Part shown: positions 30,501-40,053 of the stretch, one piece after another
Numbering within the stretch: the stretch's first letter is position 1
Layout of the letters: each line of letters begins with the position of its first letter
DNA from: Sedimentisphaerales bacterium
GTDB lineage: Bacteria > Planctomycetota > Phycisphaerae > Sedimentisphaerales > Anaerobacaceae
Assembly (NCBI GenBank): GCA_963708075.1
Contig: OY970194.1
Span: 3,808,001-3,872,000 of the forward strand
Length of the DNA stretch: 64,000 bases
Direction: 5' to 3'
The notes under the pieces: model-generated
What the model saw: the letters and a program-made list of their open reading frames with translations, nothing else
The model's database searches: none
What the model was told of the DNA's origin: nothing
Position numbers and translations under genes: made by a program

Positions 30501-30876
30501 TCTGGACTTGGGCAACGTCCAGGTGATGGCCCAGGTGAAGCTCAACGGCAAAGACCTCGGCATCCTGTGGAGATCGCCATATCGCGTAGACGTCACCGAC
30601 GCCGTGAAGGCCGGCCAGAACACACTCGAAGTGAAAGTCGTCAACCTGTGGATCAATCGAATGATCGGCGATGAGAGCCTGCCTGAGGACAGCTCGCGCA
30701 ATGACAACGGGACGCTCAAGGAATGGCCGCAGTGGGTGCAGGAAGGCAAGCCAAGCCCAACGGGCCGATACACCTTCACCAGTTGGCGACTGTGGAAAGC
30801 CGGCGATCGACTCCAGGAATCCGGCCTGATCGGACCCGTGACCCTGCGCACCGTCGAACGCGTGAATATCAAATGA
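27595..30876 (+). CDS. GH106 alpha-L-rhamnosidase-like protein
   Basis: ARPWVYWFWLNGNITREGITADLEAMKRVGIGG, GLECDKL, HIDSWE, PMCEFW, GAEAFT, SGLIGPV. Confidence 0.92.
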   Translation: MMSRIRITACSAAMALLLLGMPLICHAAKPASELEKSFVRPPESARPWVYWFWLNGNITREGITADLEAMKRVGIGGVLIMEVDQGAPLGPVAFMSAQWRELFKHVATEARRLGLEVNMNDDAGWNGSGGPWIKPEQSMQKVVWSETNLEGSKRFEGTLPKPQAIAGYYRDITVLVFPTPGDFRIDNIQGKAAYERRHVAAAAETKLPTEMVIDRARIMDISASMDKEGRLAWDVPAGKWTVLRIGHTSTGVTNAPSPESGRGLECDKLSKEGIEAQFAGMMGPLITDVGSAAGKSLVATHIDSWENGSQNWTSRMREEFQKRRGYNPLPFLPALSGRVVESLEVSERFLWDLRQTVSDLVVENYAGHMAKLAQKRGLHLSIEAYGGPCDDMTYAGRADEPMCEFWIGGGAFETCKEMASAAHTYGKQILGAEAFTADHRERWQQHPGSIKALGDRAFCEGVNRFVFHRYAMQPWLNYRPGMTMGPWGLHYERTTTWWEQSKPWHEYLSRCQYLLRQGLFVADICYLQPEGSPQGFQDHRRSGYDYDNCTAEVVLTRMSVRDGRIVLPDGMSYRLLVLPEVATMTPPLLRKIKELVEAGATVIGPRPRKSPSLSNYPKCDEQVKLLADELWGDCDGKTVKEYTCGKGRIIWGLTPEEVLAKMGVQPDFTAGPFIRWIHRGVDDMEIYFVASASQQPIDTLCSFRVAGKRPEFWQPETGQVEQVAAYEQTDGVTQIPIRFEPGGSVFVVFRERAKSVDPVVTVMRDGRQILPAPERLSKVVIEKAVYGVLNDPKRTRDVRAKLQALVDNGELSFRVARMAEGDDPAYMVVKTLIVDYTVDGKPFKATGQDPEEITLVSSPGSEYVADVHRAANGRVSLDAWQPGRYELKTASGRTLRGETAALPQPLEVTGSWQVRFPPDAGAPEQVTLEKLVSWSEHSDPGVKHFSGMATYAKTVSVPQAMLGKNRRLYLDLGNVQVMAQVKLNGKDLGILWRSPYRVDVTDAVKAGQNTLEVKVVNLWINRMIGDESLPEDSSRNDNGTLKEWPQWVQEGKPSPTGRYTFTSWRLWKAGDRLQESGLIGPVTLRTVERVNIK

Positions 30877-30899
30877 GGCTGTAGCCTGATTGATTCAGG

Positions 30900-32081
30900 T
30901 CAATCCGTGTTTCGTGCCCAGAGTGCGTCGTCCCAGTCCTTCCAGACGGGATCGAAGCCCCGTGCCTTGATCACGGCGGTGACTTCCGCCGGGCTGCGGT
31001 GGTCGTTGACCTCGAACTGCCCTGTGTTCGCTTGCGGGTCGGTGTAACCTCCCGGACTGGTCCGGCTGCCGGCGCTCAGCCGCGTTACGCCGAGCCCCAT
31101 GAGATGGTCCCTCAGTTCCGCGGGCTCCCTTGTGGAAAGTACAAGGCCGGCGTCGGCAAAGCACAGCCGCAACGCAAGCATCATCTGCACGAGATTCGTA
31201 TCCGTGAGCATGTGCGGGAACTCGGCGGATGGGACGCCGCACGCGGGCCTCATTCGCGGAAACGAGAACGAGATGTGCGATTGCCAGTAGCGCCGCATGA
31301 GGTACGAGGCATGCTCGGCCAGCGCCAGCGTCTCGACCCGCCAGTCGGCCAGGCCCAGGAGCGCGCCAAGTCCGATCTCGCGCATGCCCGCGAGCGCCAT
31401 ATCGTCCGGCCCGCGAAGCCTTGTTTCATAATCCGCTTTCGGCCCGCCGAGGTGATAGCGGGCGTAAGCCTCGCGATCGTACGTCTCCTGGTATAAGGTG
31501 ACGCCATCGATGCCCGCGTCAAAAAGTTGCTCGTATTCCCGGGCCGACATCTGATAGATCTCGACACTGAGGAAGCTGAACCGGGGTCTGAGCCGCCTTG
31601 CCAGCTCGGCCAAATAGGCGACAGTGATGAAAGCCCGGTCTTCACTGCTGACCAGCAGGATGTCCCTGAAGCCCTCGGAGGCCAGGATGTCCGCTTCGGA
31701 CGCCGCCTGATCGACGGTCAAACGCACCCTTGCGAACCTGTTGTCCCTGTTGAAGCCGCAGTACCGGCAGCGATTGACACAATGGCTCGACAGGTACACC
31801 GGGGCGTAGAGTCTGATGGTCCGCCCGAAGCGTTGCATGGTCAACCGCTGCGAGAGCGTCGCCATCTGTTCGAGATAGCTCTCGGCCGCCGGCGAAACCA
31901 GGGCAAGCAATTTCGTCAGGCTGTAAGTGCCGGAACGGGAGGCCAGCGCGGTCTCCACATCCCGCGAGTTCACCTGTCGCAGCCGTTGCTCCCAGAGGCC
32001 CCTGTCGCGGTCGAGTTGCAGGGCCTCCAGTACGGAGCCGATCGACCCTTTCAATTTCGAATTGACGCTCTGTGGTTTCAT
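30900..32081 (-). CDS. thiH: 2-iminoacetate synthase (radical SAM)
   Basis: [19 protein letters not shown]xxxCxxC motif, [21 protein letters not shown]; follows thiG with an ATGA overlap. Confidence 0.95.
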   Translation of the reverse strand: MKPQSVNSKLKGSIGSVLEALQLDRDRGLWEQRLRQVNSRDVETALASRSGTYSLTKLLALVSPAAESYLEQMATLSQRLTMQRFGRTIRLYAPVYLSSHCVNRCRYCGFNRDNRFARVRLTVDQAASEADILASEGFRDILLVSSEDRAFITVAYLAELARRLRPRFSFLSVEIYQMSAREYEQLFDAGIDGVTLYQETYDREAYARYHLGGPKADYETRLRGPDDMALAGMREIGLGALLGLADWRVETLALAEHASYLMRRYWQSHISFSFPRMRPACGVPSAEFPHMLTDTNLVQMMLALRLCFADAGLVLSTREPAELRDHLMGLGVTRLSAGSRTSPGGYTDPQANTGQFEVNDHRSPAEVTAVIKARGFDPVWKDWDDALWARNTD

Positions 32082-32851
32082 TCGTCTCTCAGGAAGCCGG
32101 TAAGCGGGCTTGATGCTTCCGCCTTGCGAAGCGGATCTCGCGGCCCGGCCTCATACGCCCTTCGTCCCGCCTCCACGGCCAGTTTGAAGGCCAGTGCCAT
32201 CTCGACAGGATCGCTCGCCGTGGCAATGGCCGTGTTGACGAGCACCGCATCGGCGCCGATTTCCATCGCCTCGGCCGCATGAGAAGGCAGTCCCAGGCCT
32301 GCATCCACCACGACCGGGACGCTGCTCTGTTCGACGATGATCTCCAGCGCGGCACGGGTCTTGAGGCCCTGATTCGAGCCGATTGGGCTGCCCAGGGGCA
32401 TGACGGTCGCCGTGCCGACATCCTGCAACCTCCTGGCGAGGATCGGATCGGCGTTGATGTACGGCAGGACCACGAACCCTTCTTTCACCAGGACCTCGGC
32501 GGCCTTGAGCGTCTCTATCGGGCACGGCAGCAGGTAGTACGGATCAGGCGTCACCTCCAGCTTGACCCAGTTGATGCCGGTCGCAGCGCGGGCCAGTCGC
32601 GAAAGACGAACCGCCTCTTCCGCACTCCTGGCGCCGGAGGTGTTCGGCAGAAGCAGGAATCGGTCGCGGTCGATCTCGCGGAGGGTGTCGTCGGTCGGGT
32701 TGTCGATATCCACCCGACGAAGCGCCACGGTGACAATCTCGCAGCCGGATGCGCTCAAGGCCCGCGCCATGACCTTGGGCGATGCGAACTTGCCGGTCCC
32801 CACGAGCAGACGGGAGTCGAACGTCCTGCCGGCGATGATGAGCTTCTCCAT
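32078..32851 (-). CDS. thiG: Thiazole synthase
   Basis: [42 protein letters not shown]. Confidence 0.97.
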   Translation of the reverse strand: MEKLIIAGRTFDSRLLVGTGKFASPKVMARALSASGCEIVTVALRRVDIDNPTDDTLREIDRDRFLLLPNTSGARSAEEAVRLSRLARAATGINWVKLEVTPDPYYLLPCPIETLKAAEVLVKEGFVVLPYINADPILARRLQDVGTATVMPLGSPIGSNQGLKTRAALEIIVEQSSVPVVVDAGLGLPSHAAEAMEIGADAVLVNTAIATASDPVEMALAFKLAVEAGRRAYEAGPRDPLRKAEASSPLTGFLRDE

Positions 32852-32856
32852 GAACT

Positions 32857-33069
32857 CTAGCCTCCTCCCATGAGCTTGATCAGCTCGATCTGCTGGCCGT
32901 CCCTAATCTGCGTTCGATCGAACTCTTCGCGGCGTACGATCCGGCCGTCCACCTCCGCGACAACCGCGGCCGGTCCTACGCCCAGCACACTCAGCAATGC
33001 TGAGAGCGTGCCAGGCATCTCGTCCGGGGCAAACTGCCGCTCCACGCCATTTACCTTCACCGACTTCAT
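32857..33069 (-). CDS. thiS: Sulfur carrier protein ThiS
   Basis: [17 protein letters not shown]-terminal MGGG; ATG at 33069 lies downstream of the riboswitch terminator. Confidence 0.93.
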   Translation of the reverse strand: MKSVKVNGVERQFAPDEMPGTLSALLSVLGVGPAAVVAEVDGRIVRREEFDRTQIRDGQQIELIKLMGGG

Positions 33070-33080
33070 TCGGCACCTGT

Positions 33081-33113
33081 AAAGAAAAAGCACTCCCGCA
33101 AAAGGAGTGCTTT
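33081..33113 (-). terminator. Intrinsic terminator of the TPP riboswitch expression platform
   Basis: Minus strand AAAGCACTCC-loop-GGAGTGCTTT followed by TTCTTT. Confidence 0.85.
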
Positions 33114-33124
33114 CAAGCCCGGTC

Positions 33125-33230
33125 AAGCCTCCCTTCGCAGGTCTTAACCTGATCAGGTTCGTAGGGTCATCGCTCCCGGAGCGATCTCTCAGCCGCCGCG
33201 ACAGGCTACGCGCGACGGCTCCCCTGGCTT
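33125..33230 (-). ncRNA. TPP riboswitch
   Basis: Minus strand AAGCCAGGGGAG...GCTGAGA...ACCCTACGAACCTGATCAGGTTAAGACCTGCGAAGGGAGGCTT; upstream of thiSGH. Confidence 0.95.
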
Positions 33231-33248
33231 CATGCTAATACTCGTGTT

Positions 33249-33277
33249 ATGATACCTCCGTTCACGGTCTTTGGCAA
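33249..33277 (-). promoter_or_regulatory. Putative sigma70 promoter for the riboswitch-thi operon
   Basis: TTGCCA-17 nt-TATCAT on the minus strand just upstream of the aptamer. Confidence 0.65.
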
Positions 33278-33315
33278 GAACATTAGCCCCCTGCTCCAGA
33301 AAGGGTGCACGATTC

Positions 33316-33690
33316 ATGAATGGCAACAAATTCGTCGTTCAGGAACACGCGACGCCGGAGGGAATCCACTGGGACCTCATGCTCGAACGGGATGGCGTTT
33401 TGCTCACATTTCGCCTGGAAGATGAGCCGGCACAATCCCTGGAGCGCGAGGTCCGGGCCGTGAAGATCTTCGACCATCCGCTGCGGTTCCTCACCTACGA
33501 AGGCCCTGTCCAGAAAGGAGCGGGCAACGTCAGGATCGTGGATCGCGGGGTGTATGAGTGTCGCAGTCAAAGCGAAAACCTCCTGGTCATCGACCTGGAC
33601 GGCGCCGTTCTAAGGGGGGATTTCACATTGACCCGCATTGAGGGCGACGAATGGCGTTTCTCAGCTCAGAACGCACACGAACGTGGCTAG
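33316..33690 (+). CDS. Stand-alone LigD 3'-phosphoesterase-like domain protein
   Basis: FVVQEH, HWDLMLE, DHPLRFLTYEG, GNVRIVDRG. Confidence 0.8.
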   Translation: MNGNKFVVQEHATPEGIHWDLMLERDGVLLTFRLEDEPAQSLEREVRAVKIFDHPLRFLTYEGPVQKGAGNVRIVDRGVYECRSQSENLLVIDLDGAVLRGDFTLTRIEGDEWRFSAQNAHERG

Positions 33691-34505
33691 CCAAGAAAGT
33701 CAAACCGCTTTTGAACGCAGCAGGGGCAGTCCGTCCGTGGCGTGGAGACATCGATCTGTTTGACTGTGTTGCCCCACAGGTCGAATACCGTCAAGTAGGG
33801 ACTGATACAATCGAGGTGGCCTGAAAGGACCTTCAGGGCCTCCGAGGCCTCGAATGCGGCTGTCACGGCGACGGCCACACCCAGGACCCCGCGATGCGAG
33901 GGATTATCTTCAGGTGCGGGCGGTGAGTCCGTCAGGCACCTCAGGCAAGCCGTCCGCCCCGGCACAATCGCCATCACCTGTGCCTTCGTGCCCAGAACGC
34001 CGGCAAATATCCATGGCTTTGACATCTTGACCGCACAGTCGTTGAGAATGAACCGGCTTTCGAAGTTGTCCGTTCCATCGACAACAACGTCCATATCCCG
34101 CATCAGACCTTCGGCCGTTGACCCGTCCAGGCGAGAGCAGACCGTCTCAATCGCGGTGCCGCCATTGATCTGGCGGAGCCGTTGTGCAGCGGCCGCTACC
34201 TTCAACACGCGGGCCTCAGCATCCGCCTCCGTGTACAACGATTGTCTATGGATGTTGGTGATGTCCACGCGGTCGTCGTCCACCAGCCGAATGCATCCGA
34301 CACCCGCTCGAACCAGCAGTTCCGCCACCCACGAGCCAAGCCCGCCGATACCGACAACCAGGACACTACTCTTGACGAGTGTTTCCTGGCCTTCGATCCC
34401 GAAGGGTTTGAAGACCGTCTGCTTCGCATAACGGGACAAATCCGGCACCTTTGGCTGCCGGAAGGATAGTCCATGTTGATCTTGTCGTCTTTCGTCCGGA
34501 TACAT
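33687..34505 (-). CDS. ThiF/MoeB/HesA family adenylyltransferase
   Basis: VVGIGGLG, DDDRVDITNIHRQ, DGTDN, CLRC and CPCC zinc ligands. Confidence 0.9.
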   Translation of the reverse strand: MYPDERRQDQHGLSFRQPKVPDLSRYAKQTVFKPFGIEGQETLVKSSVLVVGIGGLGSWVAELLVRAGVGCIRLVDDDRVDITNIHRQSLYTEADAEARVLKVAAAAQRLRQINGGTAIETVCSRLDGSTAEGLMRDMDVVVDGTDNFESRFILNDCAVKMSKPWIFAGVLGTKAQVMAIVPGRTACLRCLTDSPPAPEDNPSHRGVLGVAVAVTAAFEASEALKVLSGHLDCISPYLTVFDLWGNTVKQIDVSTPRTDCPCCVQKRFDFLG

Positions 34506-34578
34506 CTTTCACCTGATGCTGATTGTAGCGGATTCCCGCCGGCGCTTCAAACTTCATCAGATCATTCGGGCGCGGCGG

Positions 34579-35652
34579 CTATATGATGTAGTCATCCACA
34601 TAGACGCGAGATTGCTTGGGCCTGACATAGACGATGTCATCCTGACGCAAATTGAGACTCTTTGCTCGTTCGTGCGACACTTCGACCTGGACAAGCTGAC
34701 CATCCTCGGTCCGCAGCTCCAATTTCACGATGGGTCCGACAGATTGGATTCGAACCACGGTGGCTCGCAGCGAATCGGCCTCTGCAGGCGAGGAGGACAC
34801 CTCCAAGTCATAGGGGCGAACGAAGAGCCGGGCCTGGCGACCCTCGGCAGCCTTGGAACCGGGCACAGCCACAGCAAGCGGGCCGAAGACAGCCCGGTCC
34901 TGCTGGACGCGCCCGTGGAACACATTGACGTGTCCCAGGAAGTTCAGGACAAACTCATTGGCCGGCTGGTGAAAGACCTGTTCCGGCGTGCCCACCTGCT
35001 CGATTCGGCCCTCGTTCATCACGACCACCTGGTCGGCGACCTCCAAGGCCTCCTCCTGATCGTGGGTCACGAAAAGACTGGTGACATGAATCTCGTCGTG
35101 CAGTCGCCGCAGCCAGTGACGCAACTCCTGCCTCACCCGCGCATCCAGGGCGCCAAAAGGCTCGTCGAGCAGCAGAACCTCGGGCTCGACCGCCAACGCA
35201 CGGGCCAGGGCCACCCGCTGCCTCTGGCCCCCGGACAACTGGCTCGGATAGCGGTTGGCCAGGTTCTCCAATTGAATCAGGCGAAGCAGCTCGCCGACTT
35301 TCTGGCGTATCACCTGTCGCGAAGGGCGGCTGTGACGAGGGCGGACCGTCAACCCGAAGGCGATGTTGTTGAAGACGGTCATGTGTTTGAACAGCGCGTA
35401 GTGCTGGAATACGAAGCCCACCCGGCGGTGCCGCGCGTGACGATCACCCACGTCCTGATCGTGAAATTTCACCGGGCCGCTGCCGGGGTCGGCCATCTCC
35501 AGCCCCGCGACGATGCGCAACAACGTTGTTTTTCCCGAGCCCGAGGGGCCAAGCAAGGCCACCAATTCCCCGCTCGGAACATGCAGGCTGACGTTTTTCA
35601 GGGCGGCGAATCGGCCGAATGTCTTGCTGATGCTGCGAACTTCAATACTCAT
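34579..35652 (-). CDS. cysA: Sulfate ABC transporter ATP-binding protein
   Basis: [37 protein letters not shown]-terminal TOBE domain. Confidence 0.95.
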   Translation of the reverse strand: MSIEVRSISKTFGRFAALKNVSLHVPSGELVALLGPSGSGKTTLLRIVAGLEMADPGSGPVKFHDQDVGDRHARHRRVGFVFQHYALFKHMTVFNNIAFGLTVRPRHSRPSRQVIRQKVGELLRLIQLENLANRYPSQLSGGQRQRVALARALAVEPEVLLLDEPFGALDARVRQELRHWLRRLHDEIHVTSLFVTHDQEEALEVADQVVVMNEGRIEQVGTPEQVFHQPANEFVLNFLGHVNVFHGRVQQDRAVFGPLAVAVPGSKAAEGRQARLFVRPYDLEVSSSPAEADSLRATVVRIQSVGPIVKLELRTEDGQLVQVEVSHERAKSLNLRQDDIVYVRPKQSRVYVDDYII

Positions 35653-35662
35653 GAGATTTCAC

Positions 35663-36597
35663 CTACCCATTTGTAGTGGCGCCATAAGGCGTTTCTTCCG
35701 AGCCGTTGCTTTCTTTGGATGCCCTTACGGGCACACTACCAACCTGCCTGCGGTCCACTGCCGCTTTCCATTCGACGAGACTCTTGAGAATCAACGTCAC
35801 AATGGCCAGCAAGGCAAGCAAGGACGCCACGGCAAAGGCGGCGACGGAGTTGTATTCGTTGTAGAGGTTCTCTATGTGCAGCGGCATCGTATTGGTTTGG
35901 CCACGAATGTGGCCCGACACGACGGATACCGCTCCGAACTCTCCCATCGCCCGTGCGTTGCAGAGAATCACGCCATACAGCACCGCCCACTTGACGTTGG
36001 GCAGAGTGACGCGCAGAAACGTCTGCCAGCCGCCGGCGCCCAGCGTGATGGCAGCCTCCTCGTCCTCAATCCCCTGCGTCTGCATCAGTGGTATGACCTC
36101 GCGGGCGATGAAGGGAAAGGTAACGAAGAGCGTCGCCAGGATGATCCCGGGCACGGCGAAGAGGATCCGGAGATTATGCTCCGCCAGGAACGATCCGAAC
36201 CAGCCCTGGCGCCAAACAGCAAAACGTAAATCAGTCCTGAGATCACCGGCGACACGGCAAAAGGCAGGTCAATCAGAGTGGTCAGAATGCTCTTGCCGAC
36301 AAAGTCGAATTTGCCAATAGCCCAGGCGGCCGCGATCCCAAAGACAAGGTTGCAGGGGACAGCCAGCCCCGCGACAAGCAAGGTCAGACGAATCGCAGCC
36401 AAAGCATCAGGATCGTGGAACGATGCGAAGTAAGCCCCGATCCCTTTTCTGAACGCTTCCACAAACACCAGCGCCAGCGGCAGAACAAGGAATAATCCCA
36501 GGAACGCCAGGACAATAATGATGATGGTCCACTTGACAATCGGCGACCCGCCGGTGGCAGCTATTACATTCTTGCCGCTATTGGCTTTGACGACCAT
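35663..36597 (-). CDS. cysW: Sulfate ABC transporter permease CysW, split by a frameshift near 36208
   Basis: [39 protein letters not shown]; adding one C restores LFGAQGWFG. Confidence 0.9.
35673..35739. repeat. GTAG REP doublet encoding the CysW C-terminal tail
   Basis: GTAGTGGCGCCATAAGGCGTTTC ... GATGCCCTTACGGGCACACTAC. Confidence 0.8.
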
Positions 36598-36605
36598 GCG
36601 CTCTC

Positions 36606-37481
36606 CTAAGACTCGTGCCGTGCAGTCCACTTCTGCAACAGGTTGATGACCAACAGCAATGCGAACGACAGGACCAGCATGACGACGGCAATTGCCGTGG
36701 CTCCGGCATAGTCGTACTCCCCGAGCTTCGTGATAATCAGCAGAGGAACGATCTCCGTCCGCATCGGCATATTGCCCGAGATGAACACCACCGAGCCGTA
36801 CTCGCCCAGGGCCCGGGCAAAGGCCAGGGCAAAACCTGTCAGCAGCGCCGGCAAGACCTCCGGCAAAATCACCCTTCGAAAGACCTGGACCCGGTTGGCC
36901 CCGAGACTCGCGGCCGCCTCCTCCACCTCCTTGTCCAACTCCTGCAGGACCGGCTGGACCGTGCGCACCACGAACGGCAATCCGATGAACGTCAAGGCGA
37001 TAACCACCCCGAGCGGCGTGAAGGCAACCTTGACCCCAAGCGGTTCCAGGAGTCGGCCCATCCAGCCGGTGGGAGCGTAGATCGTCGTCAGTGCGATGCC
37101 GGCCACCGCGGTCGGCAACGCAAACGGCAAGTCGATCATCGCATCCACGATCCGTCTGCCGGGGAAATCGTACCGGACGAGCGACCATGCCACCATGAGT
37201 CCGAACACCGCGTTGATGGCGGCGGCGGAAAGCGAGGCCCCGAGACTCAACTTGTAGGAAGCCAGCACGCGGGCGGATGTCACTGTACCCCAGAAATCGC
37301 CCCACTTCATGGACGCAGCACTGAGAAACATGGCCATCAGCGGGATCAAGACGATAAGGCTCAGATACAGGATCGAATAGCCCATGGTCAACCCGAACCC
37401 GGGGAGGATGCTGCGCTGTTTCAACGAATACGCCAAAATGGACCTCCTGCAGTGCTCCAGCAACGTGGGACGAAGCGTCAT
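36606..37481 (-). CDS. cysT: Sulfate ABC transporter permease CysT
   Basis: [49 protein letters not shown]. Confidence 0.95.
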   Translation of the reverse strand: MTLRPTLLEHCRRSILAYSLKQRSILPGFGLTMGYSILYLSLIVLIPLMAMFLSAASMKWGDFWGTVTSARVLASYKLSLGASLSAAAINAVFGLMVAWSLVRYDFPGRRIVDAMIDLPFALPTAVAGIALTTIYAPTGWMGRLLEPLGVKVAFTPLGVVIALTFIGLPFVVRTVQPVLQELDKEVEEAAASLGANRVQVFRRVILPEVLPALLTGFALAFARALGEYGSVVFISGNMPMRTEIVPLLIITKLGEYDYAGATAIAVVMLVLSFALLLVINLLQKWTARHES

Positions 37482-38509
37482 CTCGTCGGCTGATAAATCT
37501 GGTCAAATATGCCTTTATCCGCAAAATGCGTTTTCTGGGCTTTCTGCCAACCGTCGAAGGCATCATCGATCGTGACCAGATTCACCTTGGGAAACTGCTG
37601 CTCATGTTTCTTGGCGACCGACTCAAGGCGCGGGCGATAGTAATGCCTGGCCGCGATCTCTTGGCCTTCTTCGGTGTAGAGGTATTCAAGATAGGCCTGG
37701 GCGACCGCTCGTGTGCCGTGACGGTCTACCACCTTGTCCACCAAGGCCACGGGCGGCTCGGCCAGAATGCTCAACGATGGCACGACAATCTCAAACTTGT
37801 CCTTGCCCAGCTCATTGATCGCCAGGAACGCCTCATTCTCCCAAGCCAGCAGAACGTCTCCGATGCCTCGCTGCACGAAGGTCGTCGTGGAGCCGCGGGC
37901 CCCGGAATCAAGTACAGGGACGTTCTTGAACAGTTTCGTCACAAACTCCTGTGCCCGCTGCTCGGGACTTTGACTCGTATCGGTCTTGTAGTGCTTCAGG
38001 GCGTAGGCCCATGCCGCCAGGTAATTCCATCTCGCCCCGCCGGAAGTCTTTGGATTGGGGGTGATCACCGCGATGCCGGGTTTGATGAGATCGTCCCAGT
38101 CCTTGATGTTCCTTGGATTGCCCTTATGCACGAGAAAGACAATCGTCGAAGTGTACGGGGAGCTATTGTTCGGCAGCCTGGTCTGCCAGTTCCTGGGCAG
38201 CAGGTTGGCCTTTTCATTAATCGCGTCGATGTCATACGCCAGCGCCAGTGTCACCACGTCGGCCTCCAGACCATCGATAACAGCGCGGCCCTGCTTACCG
38301 GAGCCGCCGTGGGATTGTTTGATCGTCACCTTGTCGCCCGTCTTGCCCTCCCAGTGCTTGGCAAACGCGGCATTGTACTCCTCGTAAAGCTCGCGTGTCG
38401 GGTCATAGGAGACGTTCAGCAGCGTGATCTTCCTGGCCGCCGCCGGCTGTGCGAAAACAGCGGCAACAAATAGAACAAGCATTGAAGACATGTGCATTCT
38501 CGTAGCCAT
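37478..38509 (-). CDS. sbp: Sulfate-binding periplasmic protein
   Basis: [38 protein letters not shown]. Confidence 0.96.
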   Translation of the reverse strand: MATRMHMSSMLVLFVAAVFAQPAAARKITLLNVSYDPTRELYEEYNAAFAKHWEGKTGDKVTIKQSHGGSGKQGRAVIDGLEADVVTLALAYDIDAINEKANLLPRNWQTRLPNNSSPYTSTIVFLVHKGNPRNIKDWDDLIKPGIAVITPNPKTSGGARWNYLAAWAYALKHYKTDTSQSPEQRAQEFVTKLFKNVPVLDSGARGSTTTFVQRGIGDVLLAWENEAFLAINELGKDKFEIVVPSLSILAEPPVALVDKVVDRHGTRAVAQAYLEYLYTEEGQEIAARHYYRPRLESVAKKHEQQFPKVNLVTIDDAFDGWQKAQKTHFADKGIFDQIYQPTR

Positions 38510-38547
38510 CTTAATTCACCTTTCATCGTTAGATGTTGTGGAACCGT

Positions 38548-39933
38548 TTAGAATGTGAGTTGTGCACGGACAAGGATGGCATCTTCCGCCTCGCGATCCC
38601 GACCGCCGGTCTCGCCGCCATCAAAGGCGGTGTGCTCGTAATCGAACATCCATTTGACGTTCCTGCTCCAGTACCAGTTCAGGCCCAGGCCCCAGGCCCT
38701 GGCTGACTGAGCGTATTTGGAGGGGTCCGCGTAGGTCGGAAATGCCTCGTCGTCCACATCGAGCTGACTGAGGCGCCCGACGACCTCGAACGCACCCCAC
38801 GTGCTGGCGACCGGGTCGAAGACTTCCCTGGGAACCACGGACTTGTACGAGGCCGCCTCGCCTGTCAGCACGTAGGACGCGGCGACCTGCCAGCCTTTGT
38901 TCTGCAGCTTGTCGGAACTGGCCCCGCGCACCACTTCCTGCGAGGAAACGATGTACTCGGTCAGCAATCCGAACGAGCCGTAACTGTAATAGGCCTGAGG
39001 CGAGTAGCGTATCGCCTCACCATCGGCAAATACGTCGTCGCGGTACTTGAAAAGGGTCTGTTGCCCCGGCGTCTTATAGCTGGGCAGGTACTGCCCGTGC
39101 CCGGCACTGCCATCCTTCTTGCCCGCTGTCACGGCAAAGCCGACGCCAAGTCCGTCGAGCAAGGGGATGTTCCCTCCCTTCCAGGGACTCACGAAGATCC
39201 TGGCCGCCAGCTCCTTATTGTCGTCCACGTCGGAGTCGCTGCTGCCGTTGTCTACGGCGCCGTTGAACACGCCCACGGCATAGCGGAGCTTGCCCCCCAG
39301 AAGGGTCTCGCTGTGGAACGTGGCCCCGAGATCGTAGTTGGGCGTCAAGTTGCCTGAGAGGGCAAGCTCGGTGAACAAGGTGTCGGCATTGGATTGCAGC
39401 CGCTCGATGCCGAACGGCACCTTGTACCGGCCGACCTGCAATTTCGCCTCCGGGATGTACTTGAAGTCCAGATACGCGTCCTGGATGGCTGCTTTGCCCT
39501 CGCCGAAATCAGGCACGAGCCGGAAATCGATGTCGCCGAAAACTGTGCCTTCGAAGAACGGTCGGGCGCGACGCAGCAGGAAGGTGTCATCGCTTGTCTT
39601 CGGGTCCTCCCGGCCACTGACGGAGCGGCTGTCCACCTGTAACAAGCCCCGCAATCTCAGCGAGAAATCGCCATCGGGACTCTTGATGGAGAAACCCTCT
39701 TTGGCATTTGCGGTTACGAAAGGCGAGGTCTTCGCTTCTTCCGCTGCCTGCTCGCGCTCGATCTCCAACTGCCTCTCCCTGATCCGCTCTCTTTGTTCCA
39801 ACTCGGCCACACGGTCTTCGACCGTTCTCGTTGATGTCGTATTTGGATCGTTCGATCCTGCCATTGCAGCGTTCGAACCGATAGGGTTCAAACCCGCAAG
39901 AATGATGATGGTCAGTACACTGTGACTCTTCAC
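38548..39933 (-). CDS. OprO/OprP family anion-selective porin (probable sulfate porin)
   Basis: RRARPFFEG, DAYLD, GRYKVPFGIERLQS, GLNWY, terminal QLTF; adjacent to sbp. Confidence 0.88.
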   Translation of the reverse strand: MKSHSVLTIIILAGLNPIGSNAAMAGSNDPNTTSTRTVEDRVAELEQRERIRERQLEIEREQAAEEAKTSPFVTANAKEGFSIKSPDGDFSLRLRGLLQVDSRSVSGREDPKTSDDTFLLRRARPFFEGTVFGDIDFRLVPDFGEGKAAIQDAYLDFKYIPEAKLQVGRYKVPFGIERLQSNADTLFTELALSGNLTPNYDLGATFHSETLLGGKLRYAVGVFNGAVDNGSSDSDVDDNKELAARIFVSPWKGGNIPLLDGLGVGFAVTAGKKDGSAGHGQYLPSYKTPGQQTLFKYRDDVFADGEAIRYSPQAYYSYGSFGLLTEYIVSSQEVVRGASSDKLQNKGWQVAASYVLTGEAASYKSVVPREVFDPVASTWGAFEVVGRLSQLDVDDEAFPTYADPSKYAQSARAWGLGLNWYWSRNVKWMFDYEHTAFDGGETGGRDREAEDAILVRAQLTF

Positions 39934-40053
39934 TTGTGAGATACTTTCGTCTTGAGACAGTAGGATCTTCCGGTTGTCCGGTCAGATCAGATGAACTATG
40001 CTTCTGCATCGATGAGGCCGCCCGTTGATATGGGTAGGCTCTTGATTTGAGCG

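Noticed and set aside
30881..30899. GTAG followed by a CCTGA/TCAGG hairpin between GH106 and thiH
   Set aside because: Only a 5-bp stem and no second copy in the window.
36085..37566. 493-aa ORF overlapping cysT
   Set aside because: Off-frame run through cysT that joins the real N-terminal half of frameshifted cysW (start 36597).
39880..39900. GCGGGTTTGAACCC in the porin signal peptide resembling the REP core
   Set aside because: No GTAG end and an incomplete palindrome; too degenerate to call.
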